A DNA stretch of 64,000 nt from Armatimonadota bacterium (GCA_041690135.1 JAWLHY010000008.1:256001-320000), one strand, 5' to 3'; counted from the stretch's first letter, positions 1-9,824 are shown. Program-made: numbers and translations. Notes: generated by a model not told the origin, from the letters alone.

Positions 1-75
1 GCGCTCCAGGACCTGCTCCCAGAGATCCGCCAATCCACTCTCATCATCGATATTCAGGCGAAGCTGGTCTGCCAT
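1..75 (-). CDS. dnaA: Probable chromosomal replication initiator DnaA, N-terminal 25 codons (gene continues beyond window start)
   Basis: Manual translation from ATG at 75 gives MADQLRLNIDDESGLADLWEQVLER, open to the window edge; LWEQVLER resembles the first helix of DnaA domain I; AT-rich leader at 76-120. Only 25 aa visible. Confidence 0.6.
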   Translation of the reverse strand, partial: MADQLRLNIDDESGLADLWEQVLER

Positions 76-716
76 GGATTGAAAACTTGATCTGTTAAAT
101 CTAAAACAAAATACACTGAAGGCACGGAAATACCCGTACGTGGCAAGAAATGCATGCCCAACAGCGTTAGACGAGGTCTGGAGAGGACCAACGAGTCTTA
201 GCGCGGACTACCCCGAACGAGGCTCGGGACAGTGCTTCGACACCCTTCCGGGCGAGGTGAGTGATCCGGCTGGAGAAGGACCGGCAGCCGGTCGCCGGTG
301 GAAGGAGTATAACACCGCCGGGTCGCCTGCCGCAACGCGAATGCGTGTTCGCGCCGGATGGATGGGGGGAAGTCGAAGGATGATAGGCGCATGGAGAGAA
401 GCCCAATCGGCACAAGGGACAGGTGACTGGCTGGTGATGGGACACCCTAAATATCACTCTTTTCTGCCCCCATTACCTGCCGAATCCGCCTCCGAACGGC
501 GTGGCAATTGGTGTACAAATTGCTCGCCGGAGGCGGGTGATGGTCCCGAGCGTGGCCCTGAGGGTCCAGGCACGGAGGGAACGATGGGCAACTAAGCCTC
601 ACCGGAAATCAGCCCTGACGGGAACGCTCCAAAGGAGATGCGCCGGCTCCGCGCGAACAATAGGCGGGCTGACTGGCAAAAGGCGCGGCCCTGGAATCGC
701 CGCAAGAAAGGCATGC

Positions 717-1754
717 ATGGAACTGCTGCGTGAGCTTTGTGAGGCCACCGGAATCCCCGGGCGCGAAGAGCGTCTCCGTGCCATCGTCCGCCGCGAGCTC
801 GAACCGCTGGTGGATGAAGTACGAGTGGATGCGCTCGGAAACCTGATTGCGGTGCGCCGCGGCACGACGGATAAGAAGCTGGCCATTAACGCGCATCTCG
901 ATGAAATCGGCTTTCTGGTCACGCACATCGAGGATGCGGGCTTTCTGCGCATCACACCCGTAGGGGGACACGATCCCCGCAATATGGTCGCGCAACGCGT
1001 CCTCGTAGCGGGCCACGAGGACCTGCCCGGGGTGCTTTATCCCGGCACGAAGCCCCCGCATCTCCAGGATCCGGCCGAGCGGGAGAAGGCCCCCCGGATC
1101 AGCGATTTCTTCGTCGATGTGGGGTTGCCGGTGGAGCGCGTGCGGCAGCTCGTACCCGTCGGCTCCATGGTCGTGATCACCCGCGAGTTCGCGGAGATAG
1201 GCGATACGGTGAGTTGCAAAGCGCTCGACAACCGCCTCTCCTGCTACATCATGATCGAAGCGCTGCGCCGGACGCGCACTGTGGGGTTTGAACTCCACGC
1301 CGTGGCTACGGCCCAGGAAGAGGTCGGCGTACGCGGGGCCTATACCTCCACGTTCGCCATTGACCCCGATGTGGGGATCGCCCTGGACATCACGATTGCG
1401 GCGGACATCCCCGGCGTTCCCCGTCCGGAGTGCGTGACTCAGTTGGGTCAGGGCACGGCGATCAAGATCATGGATTCCTTCAGCATCTCAAACGTGAAGC
1501 TGGTGGATCGGTTGAAGGAGCTCGCCGTGGCGCGCGAGATCCCGCATCAGCTCGAGATCCTACCGCGGGGTGGTACGGACGCCGGCGGCCTGCAACGCTC
1601 CCGGTGTGGGGTGCCCGTGTGTACCCTCTCTACTCCCACGCGTTATGTCCACACGTCCATCGAGATGGCTCACAAGAGCGACATCGAGGCCAGTATCGCC
1701 CTGATGACGGCGTTCATTGAAGAGGGCCACGATCGGAGCTACCTGCCGGAATGA
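717..1754 (+). CDS. M42 family metallo-aminopeptidase
   Basis: Motifs G-x-PGREE, DALGNL, AHLDEIGF, KALDNR, QEEVGVRGA, GGTDAG, RYVH; start moved to ATG 717 (MELLRELCEATG). Confidence 0.92.
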   Translation: MELLRELCEATGIPGREERLRAIVRRELEPLVDEVRVDALGNLIAVRRGTTDKKLAINAHLDEIGFLVTHIEDAGFLRITPVGGHDPRNMVAQRVLVAGHEDLPGVLYPGTKPPHLQDPAEREKAPRISDFFVDVGLPVERVRQLVPVGSMVVITREFAEIGDTVSCKALDNRLSCYIMIEALRRTRTVGFELHAVATAQEEVGVRGAYTSTFAIDPDVGIALDITIAADIPGVPRPECVTQLGQGTAIKIMDSFSISNVKLVDRLKELAVAREIPHQLEILPRGGTDAGGLQRSRCGVPVCTLSTPTRYVHTSIEMAHKSDIEASIALMTAFIEEGHDRSYLPE

Positions 1755-2905
1755 AAATCACCCAGATCAATACCCATATCGTAGGCAACCCCTGGAAGAA
1801 CTGGGGGTTTGTGACCGTGGAGACGGACGAAGGCATCGTCGGGGTCGGAGAGGGTACCGTCAATTGCTTCGGTCGCACGACGGCGGAAGCAATTCAGGAG
1901 TTGGCGCCCCACGTGCTGGGGATGGACCCATTCCAGACGGAGATGATCTCCCAAAAACTGATCCGGGATATCTACTCGGAGGGGGGCCAGATCCACCGCA
2001 GCGCCGCCTGCGCCATTGAAGTCGCTTGCTGGGACATCATGGGCAAGGCGCTCAATCAGCCGATCTACAACTTCTTGGGCGGTCGTTGCCATGAAAAGGT
2101 CCGTGCCTACGCCAACGGCTGGTACCGGGGTGAGCGGACGCCGGAAATGTTCCACGAGCGTGCCCGAGAAGTGGTCGCGCGGGGTTATACCGCCCTCAAG
2201 TTCGATCCCTTCGGCGCGGAGTGGCGGATCATGGATCCTTACGAAGAAGACCTGTCCATCGACATCATCGCCGCCGTGCGAGATGCGGTCGGCCCGAAAG
2301 TCGACATCCTGGTGGAGGGTCACAGCCGTTTCAGCCCGGCCATCGCCATCAAGCTCGCGGAGCGAATGGCCCCGTACCGGCCGTCGTGGTTCGAAGAACC
2401 CGTACACCACCTGCACATCGGGGCCCTGGTGGAAGTGGCGCGCCGCAGCCCCGTACCCATTGCCACGGGAGAAAGCCTTACCAGCCCCCATCAGTTCGCC
2501 GAACTCCTGGCCTATAACGCCGTGGGCATCCTCCAGCCGGAAATCCACCACCTGGGCGGGCTACTCCCCGCGAAGAAAGTGTGCGGCATGGTGGATGCAT
2601 TCTACGGGGTGGTGGCGCCCCACAACGCGCAGGGGCCGGTGTCCACCGCCATGTGCATCCAACTCGCCGCCTGCACCCCCAATTTCTACGTGCAGGAGAT
2701 CTTCGACGAGTTCAACGTGGAATGGGAGCGCGATCTCGTCGACCATTCCACGGAGGTCGTGGACGGTTATGTCGAGATTCCGGACCGGCCGGGTCTGGGC
2801 CTGGAGCTTAACCTGGAAGAGTGCGCCCGGCATCCCTATGAACCTGCGTTCTTCCTGCCCCTGTTCAAGCGGGGGTGGGAACGACGAGAGGGGACGGACA
2901 GGTAA
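1751..2905 (+). CDS. Mandelate racemase/enolase-superfamily acid-sugar dehydratase (DgoD-like)
   Basis: VETDEGIVGVGE, WDIMGK, KFDPF, WFEEP, PIATGE, VAPHN, PGLG motifs; ATGA overlap with upstream gene. Confidence 0.88.
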   Translation: MKITQINTHIVGNPWKNWGFVTVETDEGIVGVGEGTVNCFGRTTAEAIQELAPHVLGMDPFQTEMISQKLIRDIYSEGGQIHRSAACAIEVACWDIMGKALNQPIYNFLGGRCHEKVRAYANGWYRGERTPEMFHERAREVVARGYTALKFDPFGAEWRIMDPYEEDLSIDIIAAVRDAVGPKVDILVEGHSRFSPAIAIKLAERMAPYRPSWFEEPVHHLHIGALVEVARRSPVPIATGESLTSPHQFAELLAYNAVGILQPEIHHLGGLLPAKKVCGMVDAFYGVVAPHNAQGPVSTAMCIQLAACTPNFYVQEIFDEFNVEWERDLVDHSTEVVDGYVEIPDRPGLGLELNLEECARHPYEPAFFLPLFKRGWERREGTDR

Positions 2906-2914
2906 GGCGTAAAA

Positions 2915-2955
2915 GAACGCCGGATGGCAGCAGAGGGTGCTGCCATCCGGCGTTC
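2915..2955. terminator. Intrinsic terminator hairpin between convergent genes
   Basis: 18-bp perfect stem GAACGCCGGATGGCAGCA / TGCTGCCATCCGGCGTTC, 5-nt loop, AAAA immediately 5' (U-tract on minus strand). Confidence 0.75.
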
Positions 2956-3035
2956 GCGGCAGGACGGTTTTGGGAGGAAGAGAACGCGAACCTGCGCTGA
3001 CGATCGGGGGTGGGGGGTGACGATCGCTTTCGCGA

Positions 3036-3509
3036 CTAAATGGGCGGAGGTGAGGGCGGCTGGTTCGGATCACCCTTGAATGGGTCGACATTGATCCGGC
3101 CGACCGCCTTCTTGATAATTCCGGCGGAAGAGTCGACTTCCACGTAGAGGCGGGCCGTCGACTTGGCGGAACGAGTACTGCCAGGAACCTGCACGCTCCC
3201 TCCGTAAGTGTTCCGCAGCTTCCCGGTGAGCGTTGACTTGGTGCCGGGAATGGAGCTACCCGCCATTTCCACGTACGCGCGCACCGAGAAGATGGTAGCG
3301 CCGTTCTTGGCGGTCACCGCGACCCGGTTAATCTGGACGGTTCCGCCCGAGGCGGTAACCCGCTTGGGCGTGTAGGCAGCGGCGCCAATGACAACTTTTG
3401 GCGCCCTGGCCTTGCCCTTAGGGGCGGCCTGGGCCACCTGGTGCTGAACACCGAATGTGGTACATACGACCGCGACGCCCAAAGCGGCCGGCAAACAATA
3501 TTTGATCAT
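3036..3509 (-). CDS. Small basic secreted protein of unknown function, C-terminal PPSPPPI
   Basis: N-terminal signal-like segment ending AQA; beta-rich body; visibly alignable with 3639-4067. Confidence 0.75.
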   Translation of the reverse strand: MIKYCLPAALGVAVVCTTFGVQHQVAQAAPKGKARAPKVVIGAAAYTPKRVTASGGTVQINRVAVTAKNGATIFSVRAYVEMAGSSIPGTKSTLTGKLRNTYGGSVQVPGSTRSAKSTARLYVEVDSSAGIIKKAVGRINVDPFKGDPNQPPSPPPI

Positions 3510-3638
3510 CTAGGCTGGTCTCCCGGAAGGAGCGGAGGTCCCGGACAGGCTGCGGGATAGTTCACTTTAAAGCGGGAAGAGTCATTCCCATCACTTGGAC
3601 GAAAGTTTCGCCCGGCCTGCCTCCCGCGATTCGCAGGC

Positions 3639-4067
3639 TCAACCCCGCGGCGGCGCGGGCGGGTAGAAATCGGTGCCCGGCAACATCTTTACACGGGCCA
3701 GGACGCGTTCCTCGGTGCCTTCATCCGTGGTGACAAAGACGGCGATCGTGCCGGTATTGGGCTGCGTGTTGGGATTCCGCGGCACGGATACCGACCCTTC
3801 CCAGAACTTGCCCTTCCGGGTCAAGTTGGCGTACGGCCCGGCACCGCCACCGGCTACACTACCCTGTGCGCGCACCTGGTAGATGGTGGATTTCTTCTTG
3901 GTCACCTGCAGCCGAAGGAATACGGGCCCACCCTGGCCGCTTAGCCGGACCGGGTTCATAGCCTTCCGCTTCACGACCAGTGGAATACGCTTCTTAGCCG
4001 CATCAACCGCGGTAGCGCCGCTTGCGAGAATAAGCCCTGCGAGGAGGGCCGCAGAATAGTTGGGCAT
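3639..4067 (-). CDS. Small basic secreted protein of unknown function, C-terminal PPAPPRG (paralog of 3036-3509)
   Basis: Signal peptide (ALLAGLILASGATAVDA); shared GG-x-V, TI-x-x-VRA and GSV-x-VP motifs. Confidence 0.75.
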   Translation of the reverse strand: MPNYSAALLAGLILASGATAVDAAKKRIPLVVKRKAMNPVRLSGQGGPVFLRLQVTKKKSTIYQVRAQGSVAGGGAGPYANLTRKGKFWEGSVSVPRNPNTQPNTGTIAVFVTTDEGTEERVLARVKMLPGTDFYPPAPPRG

Positions 4068-4296
4068 GCTCTTTAACTCACTCGGGGACGAGGGTCTTAG
4101 CTTCGTTCGCCCCCGAAGCCCCCGACTCCTCCCTGTTTGCTAATTCGGACGGCGACAGGCAAAAAAGTTTGGACGACTTGGGGACAGGCGGGGTGTGGGC
4201 TCTCCCCAGTTGACGTGTACCGGAAACCGTTTTGTTCCCGGCGCGTAACCCACGGGCTTCGATCCACATCCAATCGGCATAAAGTAGACGCGAGGA

Positions 4297-6735
4297 GTGG
4301 ACCCAGTGTTGCGCCGATATCTGTTCTATTTTTTACTTTCCCTTCCGTCGACCCCGGCAGCGCAGGCCCAGGGATTGATCTTTCCGCGGCCCCCGCACCC
4401 AACGCCCCCACGACCGGGCACGCCCCCCATGCCGGTTCAGCCGCTAGCCATCAAGGCGCAAAAGGTCCGCATGCATGTGCAGAGCGGCGCCCTCCGGGTA
4501 GAAGTGGAGCAGGTGTTCTACAACCCGCATTCGACGCAGACGGAGGGCACTTATCTCTTTCCGTTACCCATGGGAGCTGTCGTCTCCAGCTTCCGAATGA
4601 CCGTCGGCAGCGAGCCGGTAGAGGGGAAGTTGCTCGGCGTTGCTGAGGCACGCCGGATCTATGAATCGTACGTGCGGAGGAATGTGGATCCGGCGCTCCT
4701 CGAGTACGTAGGCCGGAATGCATTCCAGGCGCGGGTTTTCCCCATCCCTCCCCGAAGCGAGAGACGGATCTTTCTCACCTACAGCCAGTCCCTGGAGTTC
4801 GCAAACGGCATCTACAAGGCGGTCTACCCGCTTACCTCCGAACGCGTGACCGGAACCTCCGGCAGCGACCTGAGCATCGACTGCACCCTTCGAAGTGCCC
4901 AGCCGATCAAAGCCATCTACAGTCCTACGCACGAGATCCATGTGAAGCGAGAAACCGATCGCCTGGCACGGGTCACCTTCGAGGGGAATGACGTCCGGGC
5001 CGACCGTGATTTCGTGTTCTACTACACTACTTCGGAGAAGGCCTTCGGCTTGAATGCCCTCGCCCACCGCCGCCCCGGCGAGGACGGATACCTGATGCTG
5101 ATGCTGGCCCCCAAGCGGGAGGTCGCCGCCGCGGAGATACTCCCGAAGGATGTCGTGGTGGTGTTCGACACCTCCGGGAGCATGTCCGGTCCCAAGATGG
5201 ACCAGGCCCGGAAGGCCCTCACCACGCTCCTGGGCGCACTCAATCCTCAAGACCGCTTCAATATCATCCGGTTCAGCAGCGATGTAACCAATTTCCGCTC
5301 GCACGTGGTTCCCGCTTCTCGCGAGAACCGGGAGGCCGCACGCGCCTTTGTGGAGGAATTCCGGGCCATCGGAGGCACCGCTATCGACGACGCTCTCCAG
5401 GCGGGCCTGGCTTCCGTACCCCCGCCGTCGGAGCGCAAGGGGCGCACGCCTTTCTTGATCTTCATGACGGACGGACTTCCCACGATCGGGACCACGGATA
5501 TCGACCGGATCCTGCAGAGTGCGGACAAGGCGGCGCCGGAGGACCTGCGACTGTTCACCTTCGGGGTGGGGTCCGATGTCAACACGTTGCTGCTGGATCG
5601 CCTGGCGCGAGATAACCGGGGGGCGGCCGATTACGTCGCGCAAGATGAGGATCTGGAGACCCGAATCGGGGCCTTTTACGAGAAGATCGCCGACCCGGTG
5701 CTCTCCAACATCCGGGTGGAAATCGAGGGGGCGACGCTTCGCGATCCTTACCCCTCTCACCTGCCCGATCTCTTCGCGGGCGGGCAACTGCTGTTGCTCG
5801 GCCGGTACCAGGAAGAAGGGAAAGCGAAGGTCTCTCTCACCGGTGAGTTGAACGGCAAGCCGCAGAAGTTCACCTATGAAATCCATTTGGCCCAACGGGA
5901 ACTGGGGAACGATTTCATCCCGCGCCTCTGGGCCGGGCGGCGGATCGGCTTCCTGCTGGAAGAGATCCGCTTGAAAGGGGAGAACCAGGAACTGAAAGAG
6001 GAAGTGATCCGCCTCAGTCGGGAGTGGGGGATCGTGACACCCTACACTTCCTATCTCGTGGAAGAGCCGAATCTTTCCCCCTTAACGGCGCGGCAGTTCG
6101 ACTTCTCGGGTCGTTTCGGCGCGGGAGCAGACAGTGCGGGTAGGGCGCTCGACACCCGCGGAGGCCAGAGCGGACAGCGGCACGACAAACCGCACGCCCC
6201 TGTCGCTCGACCTACCCCGGCGCCGCAGGCTGGAGCGGCTGCTCCAAAGGAAGCCAAGAAGCTTCCCTCTCTCCCAGGCAAAGCAGGCGAGCGTCTCTAT
6301 GATCCCACACCGCAGGGCCCCAGGGATGAAAAGCAGGAACTCTTCCGCCAGCAGGTGCGCCAGCAGCGGGAGGGTTTCGACCGGTCCACGGGCTGGAATG
6401 CCGTGGAAGCCAGCCGCCGGGTGCGGCAGCTCAAAGACAGCCTGCAGGCGGTGAAGGAAGTGGAAACCTATCGTTCTGTGCAAGGTCGCCGGTTCCGTTT
6501 CCAGGGGGGCCGTTGGGTAGACGAGACCCTTCCCGCTGGCAAAGGGAGAGTCGTCGAGGTTAAGTTCGGCTCCGACGCGTACTTCCAGTTGATCGCAGCT
6601 AATCCGGATTGGGCGAGGTTCCTTTCGGTCGGGCGCGACGTTACCTTCCGATCCGGGAAGAACACGCAAGTGGTCGTAGGGGCGAAAGGGCTAGAGAAGC
6701 TTTCGGAGGCCGCGGTGAAAGCCCTGGAGCGGTAG
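4297..6735 (+). CDS. Secreted VIT (vault inter-alpha-trypsin) + von Willebrand factor A domain protein
   Basis: VIT motifs (QVFYNP, EGTYLFPLP, PALLEY); MIDAS DTSGS; GGT; FMTDGLPT; FGVG-x-DVN; PRLWA; IVTPYTSYLV. Confidence 0.92.
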   Translation: MDPVLRRYLFYFLLSLPSTPAAQAQGLIFPRPPHPTPPRPGTPPMPVQPLAIKAQKVRMHVQSGALRVEVEQVFYNPHSTQTEGTYLFPLPMGAVVSSFRMTVGSEPVEGKLLGVAEARRIYESYVRRNVDPALLEYVGRNAFQARVFPIPPRSERRIFLTYSQSLEFANGIYKAVYPLTSERVTGTSGSDLSIDCTLRSAQPIKAIYSPTHEIHVKRETDRLARVTFEGNDVRADRDFVFYYTTSEKAFGLNALAHRRPGEDGYLMLMLAPKREVAAAEILPKDVVVVFDTSGSMSGPKMDQARKALTTLLGALNPQDRFNIIRFSSDVTNFRSHVVPASRENREAARAFVEEFRAIGGTAIDDALQAGLASVPPPSERKGRTPFLIFMTDGLPTIGTTDIDRILQSADKAAPEDLRLFTFGVGSDVNTLLLDRLARDNRGAADYVAQDEDLETRIGAFYEKIADPVLSNIRVEIEGATLRDPYPSHLPDLFAGGQLLLLGRYQEEGKAKVSLTGELNGKPQKFTYEIHLAQRELGNDFIPRLWAGRRIGFLLEEIRLKGENQELKEEVIRLSREWGIVTPYTSYLVEEPNLSPLTARQFDFSGRFGAGADSAGRALDTRGGQSGQRHDKPHAPVARPTPAPQAGAAAPKEAKKLPSLPGKAGERLYDPTPQGPRDEKQELFRQQVRQQREGFDRSTGWNAVEASRRVRQLKDSLQAVKEVETYRSVQGRRFRFQGGRWVDETLPAGKGRVVEVKFGSDAYFQLIAANPDWARFLSVGRDVTFRSGKNTQVVVGAKGLEKLSEAAVKALER

Positions 6736-6777
6736 CATGAGCCCAACTACAATCACCGGCGGCGGCACGTACGCGTG

Positions 6778-6825
6778 AAAGCCGGCCCACGAGAAACCGA
6801 GTTGGTTTCTCGTGGGCCGGCTTTT
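6778..6825. terminator. Bidirectional intrinsic terminator
   Basis: 21-bp perfect inverted repeat AAAGCCGGCCCACGAGAAACC-GAGTT-GGTTTCTCGTGGGCCGGCTTT between convergent genes. Confidence 0.85.
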
Positions 6826-6882
6826 CAGGTCAGGTTGTGTCAATGGTAAGCTCGTTCGGGTAGGAGCTTACCGACGCGCCCT

Positions 6883-8550
6883 TTAGAGTTCCCGCCAGCT
6901 ATCGATGCGGACCGACTTGATCCAGATCCGCTCCGAGCCCGGCATTCCAGGAGGAAGGTTGTCCGGGAGGGTGGGGACCTGATACATGTGCGGGACGTTC
7001 TGCATCTCGAAGTAACTGGTGACGAAAGTCCCCGCCAACTCGTTTTGCTTCACGCTCTCGATCCGCTCCTGCGCGTAAAAGGCACCGGTCAGCTTGAGCT
7101 GCGAGTCGCCGCTTCGTGTCGCCAGTTCTATCTTTCGCCTTGCAATAACGCCGAGCGCGTGATTGATGGGGAAGGTCGCAGTGCCAGGCAGCAGATGGGT
7201 ACTCACCTGGATCTTGCCGGTGCTGACGAATGTCCCTCGTCCTCTATACCGCAGGTCCTGGTTACCACCGTTCCGGTTGAACTCGATATCCCCATCCACA
7301 TAAATGATCCCCTGGATGTTGATGTTGCCGCTGGTGTCCACGGAGAGTGAGTTACCGCGACCATCGCTGACCGGACCGTACGCGGTACCCACCTGAATCT
7401 TAAGTGGACCGGTAACGACCATTCCTGCGGCGCGCAAGTAGTCCATGTAAGTCGCATATGCGACTCCGCTTTTAGTGGTGGGCGCCGTCAGCGTCGGGAA
7501 CTTCAGGATATCGCCCAGATCATACTTGGAACGATAGCCGTTATCCGAGAAGACGTTGCTGGTACCGGAGTTGCCACCGAAGCCGTCCGAGACATGGGTG
7601 GCGTCCACACTCTCTTTGACCGGTGGCGAACCACCGGCGACATTCGAGTCCCCGACAGTGGCGGATCCGTTGATGTTGACCCGACCGTGTTTCACTCGAA
7701 GCTTGGCACTGAGGGTATCTACAACCTCTCCCTTGTAGCTGGTCGTCGGAATCGCAGGCAGAAGGCTTCGCACGTCGCTTGGCATGCCGGCATAGTTATT
7801 GCCGATGTTGGCGTCTCCCCCCAACTCACTCGCCAGGTCCGTGACGGTCAGAGGTGGGTCACGATAGCCGTTGCCATTGACATCATCGTAGGGTTCGCGA
7901 ACGTCAAAACGGCCGTCGCCATCGAGATCCACAAAAGGCTCTCCGATGTTCCAGGCGCCATTGTGGTTCAAGTCGGTGTATGTCTCACCCGCGTCCCAGC
8001 GCTTGTCGTTGTCGAGGTCGGTGAAGGGTTCGCCGTCTCCCAAGAGGTGGGTGCTGCCCCGGATGCGGATATTGCCGTTGATACTGCGGCCCGCCTGACC
8101 CACGCCCCCGAAGATGGCATTGTTCCAGATGGAGATGTCTTCCCGGGTGATCTTCGCCACCACCCGGACCGAGCGGGTCTGCTTGTACATTCCATCGCTG
8201 GCCCGTCCCGTGCTGGTAATCACGATCCGTCCGGCATTGGACCCCTGCCCGTTCTGGACACGGATCGTGAAGTAGTCGCTGCCGTCCAGATACTCGGTCC
8301 AACCCGTCGTGCGCCAGGAACCGTCCGTGGTTCCGTTGGGGGCCGTGGTCCGCAAATAGTGCAGCGCCTTTTCGCCCCCGCCTTCCGCGATGGCCAGCGC
8401 GCGCGTGCGTAGCGAGTCAAACTGGCCGCGACGCATCGACTGGAGGCCCAGGGAGAGAATGCCAGAACCAATGACAAAGACGGCGAAAAGCACGGTCATC
8501 GAGGTGACCAGCGCACTTCCGCGCTTTGCGGGGAGTGTCTTCCGCTCCAT
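6883..8550 (-). CDS. PilX/GspK-like minor pilin with large C-terminal domain and four DxDxDG-type repeats (copy 1)
   Basis: KRG|SALVTSM prepilin-like site lacking E5; RALAIAEGG helix; ITSTG; E-P-F-x-D-x-D/N-x-D/N-G repeats. Start set at ATG 8550 (GGAG RBS); 8577 is possible. Confidence 0.82.
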   Translation of the reverse strand: MERKTLPAKRGSALVTSMTVLFAVFVIGSGILSLGLQSMRRGQFDSLRTRALAIAEGGGEKALHYLRTTAPNGTTDGSWRTTGWTEYLDGSDYFTIRVQNGQGSNAGRIVITSTGRASDGMYKQTRSVRVVAKITREDISIWNNAIFGGVGQAGRSINGNIRIRGSTHLLGDGEPFTDLDNDKRWDAGETYTDLNHNGAWNIGEPFVDLDGDGRFDVREPYDDVNGNGYRDPPLTVTDLASELGGDANIGNNYAGMPSDVRSLLPAIPTTSYKGEVVDTLSAKLRVKHGRVNINGSATVGDSNVAGGSPPVKESVDATHVSDGFGGNSGTSNVFSDNGYRSKYDLGDILKFPTLTAPTTKSGVAYATYMDYLRAAGMVVTGPLKIQVGTAYGPVSDGRGNSLSVDTSGNINIQGIIYVDGDIEFNRNGGNQDLRYRGRGTFVSTGKIQVSTHLLPGTATFPINHALGVIARRKIELATRSGDSQLKLTGAFYAQERIESVKQNELAGTFVTSYFEMQNVPHMYQVPTLPDNLPPGMPGSERIWIKSVRIDSWREL

Positions 8551-8576
8551 TCCAAACTCCATTCGCCAGGCGCTCA

Positions 8577-9095
8577 TTAGAGTGGCTCATTTCGCAAGAT
8601 CACCTGTGAAGCCAGGGTGGTGGTAGAAATCCGGGTGCCGATCTGCTGCCGACTGGTGATTTTGATGCCCAGTTCGATCCCGTTTTTGGTGAACTCCAGC
8701 AGCGTAATCCCGCGGGCTACCGCTCGGGCATTCTCCGCATTTCGCTTGCGGTAGAGCTTTCCGGAGCTCAGATAGTAGTAAATGGTGTCGCCGTCCCGCG
8801 TGCGATCGTAATCGCCCTGTTCATTGACGTAGGGCATCACGACCGAGAGCGAGCTGGAACTGCTCAAGGACATCCGGAGGCCGGCGCGGATCTCACGGGC
8901 CATGCTCTGAACGGCGACGCTGGCGGAGTCGTCGGCCATCATTTTGGAGCTATCCATGCTGTAGCCCTTGGAAGCGCCAATGCTCATGGCAATCAGGCCC
9001 GTTAGGAGGAGCAGGAACAGACCCGACGTGGTGATGATTTCCGGAAGCGTCGCGCCGCGCCGCCGGCGTGGTCGAACCAGGGTAATACCCCTCAT
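8577..9095 (-). CDS. PilW/GspJ-like prepilin (copy 1)
   Basis: RRRRG|ATLPEII class III signal; MAREIR helix; YYLSSGKLYR; C-terminal V-x-LRN. Confidence 0.82.
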   Translation of the reverse strand: MRGITLVRPRRRRGATLPEIITTSGLFLLLLTGLIAMSIGASKGYSMDSSKMMADDSASVAVQSMAREIRAGLRMSLSSSSSLSVVMPYVNEQGDYDRTRDGDTIYYYLSSGKLYRKRNAENARAVARGITLLEFTKNGIELGIKITSRQQIGTRISTTTLASQVILRNEPL

Positions 9096-9097
9096 GA

Positions 9098-9565
9098 CTA
9101 CGGCTCCCTCCAGACGGACTTATCCGTTAGCAGCGTGGTCGCTTTTTGCCAGTAACGCTTCCCGGTGTAGGAAACCCAACTGAGGTAAACATCCGCTCGA
9201 ACGAGATCGGTGTTCAACCCCGTGAAGATCAGATAGCCGGAAGGTTGGGGGAAATCCTCGGCCAGCTTGTCCACGGTGGTGAAGTAGTAGAAACCGGTCC
9301 CACCGGACACGTAGGCGAAGTTCTGGTCGACGATGCCGAGCGACCGGAGATTGCTGGTCGTGATATCGTCCACCTCGAGCTTTCGCACCTGTTCCAGCTT
9401 GCGCTGCATTACCGCAGAGGCCCGCGAGAAGGAACCGGAACGGTCGCGCATGGTGGCGCTGAGGGGGAAGAGCGCCCCCGCCGCAATGACGGTGAGCGCC
9501 AGAACGAACACCGCCGCCATGATCTCAATCAGGGTCGTTCCTCTGCGAGCCTTGCCCTGTTTCAT
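9098..9565 (-). CDS. PilV/GspI-like prepilin (copy 1)
   Basis: ARRG|TTLIEIMAAVFVL; QRKLEQVR; start ATG 9565 after GGGAGG RBS. Confidence 0.85.
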   Translation of the reverse strand: MKQGKARRGTTLIEIMAAVFVLALTVIAAGALFPLSATMRDRSGSFSRASAVMQRKLEQVRKLEVDDITTSNLRSLGIVDQNFAYVSGGTGFYYFTTVDKLAEDFPQPSGYLIFTGLNTDLVRADVYLSWVSYTGKRYWQKATTLLTDKSVWREP

Positions 9566-9824
9566 CCGTCCCTCCCAGGCCAACCCACGGGTCGCGCCAT
9601 CTGTCCATCCTTCCACCCATTCTCAATTCGGACGAAGCACCGGCCCGGCAAATCACCCAATCGAGTGACCTTCCGGGCCGGCATTCCAACTAGAGTAGGG
9701 AAATGGAACAACCCTTACCCAAATAGCAGCCAGTTTGCTCGGTCAACAGGTTGCCGACACTCCTGGTGATAGCACTGAGGGGACATTTAGATTCCACCTT
9801 CCGACCCGATGAACTGCTGGGGTC

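Noticed and set aside
140-595. 151-aa ORF and the 72-aa N-terminal extension of the M42 ORF
   Set aside because: No recognisable motifs; M42 homology begins at ATG 717.
76-716. oriC or a riboswitch (TCTGGAGAG resembles a glycine riboswitch linker)
   Set aside because: No DnaA-box cluster seen, and the other glycine aptamer motifs (CCGAAGG, CTCTCAGG) are absent.
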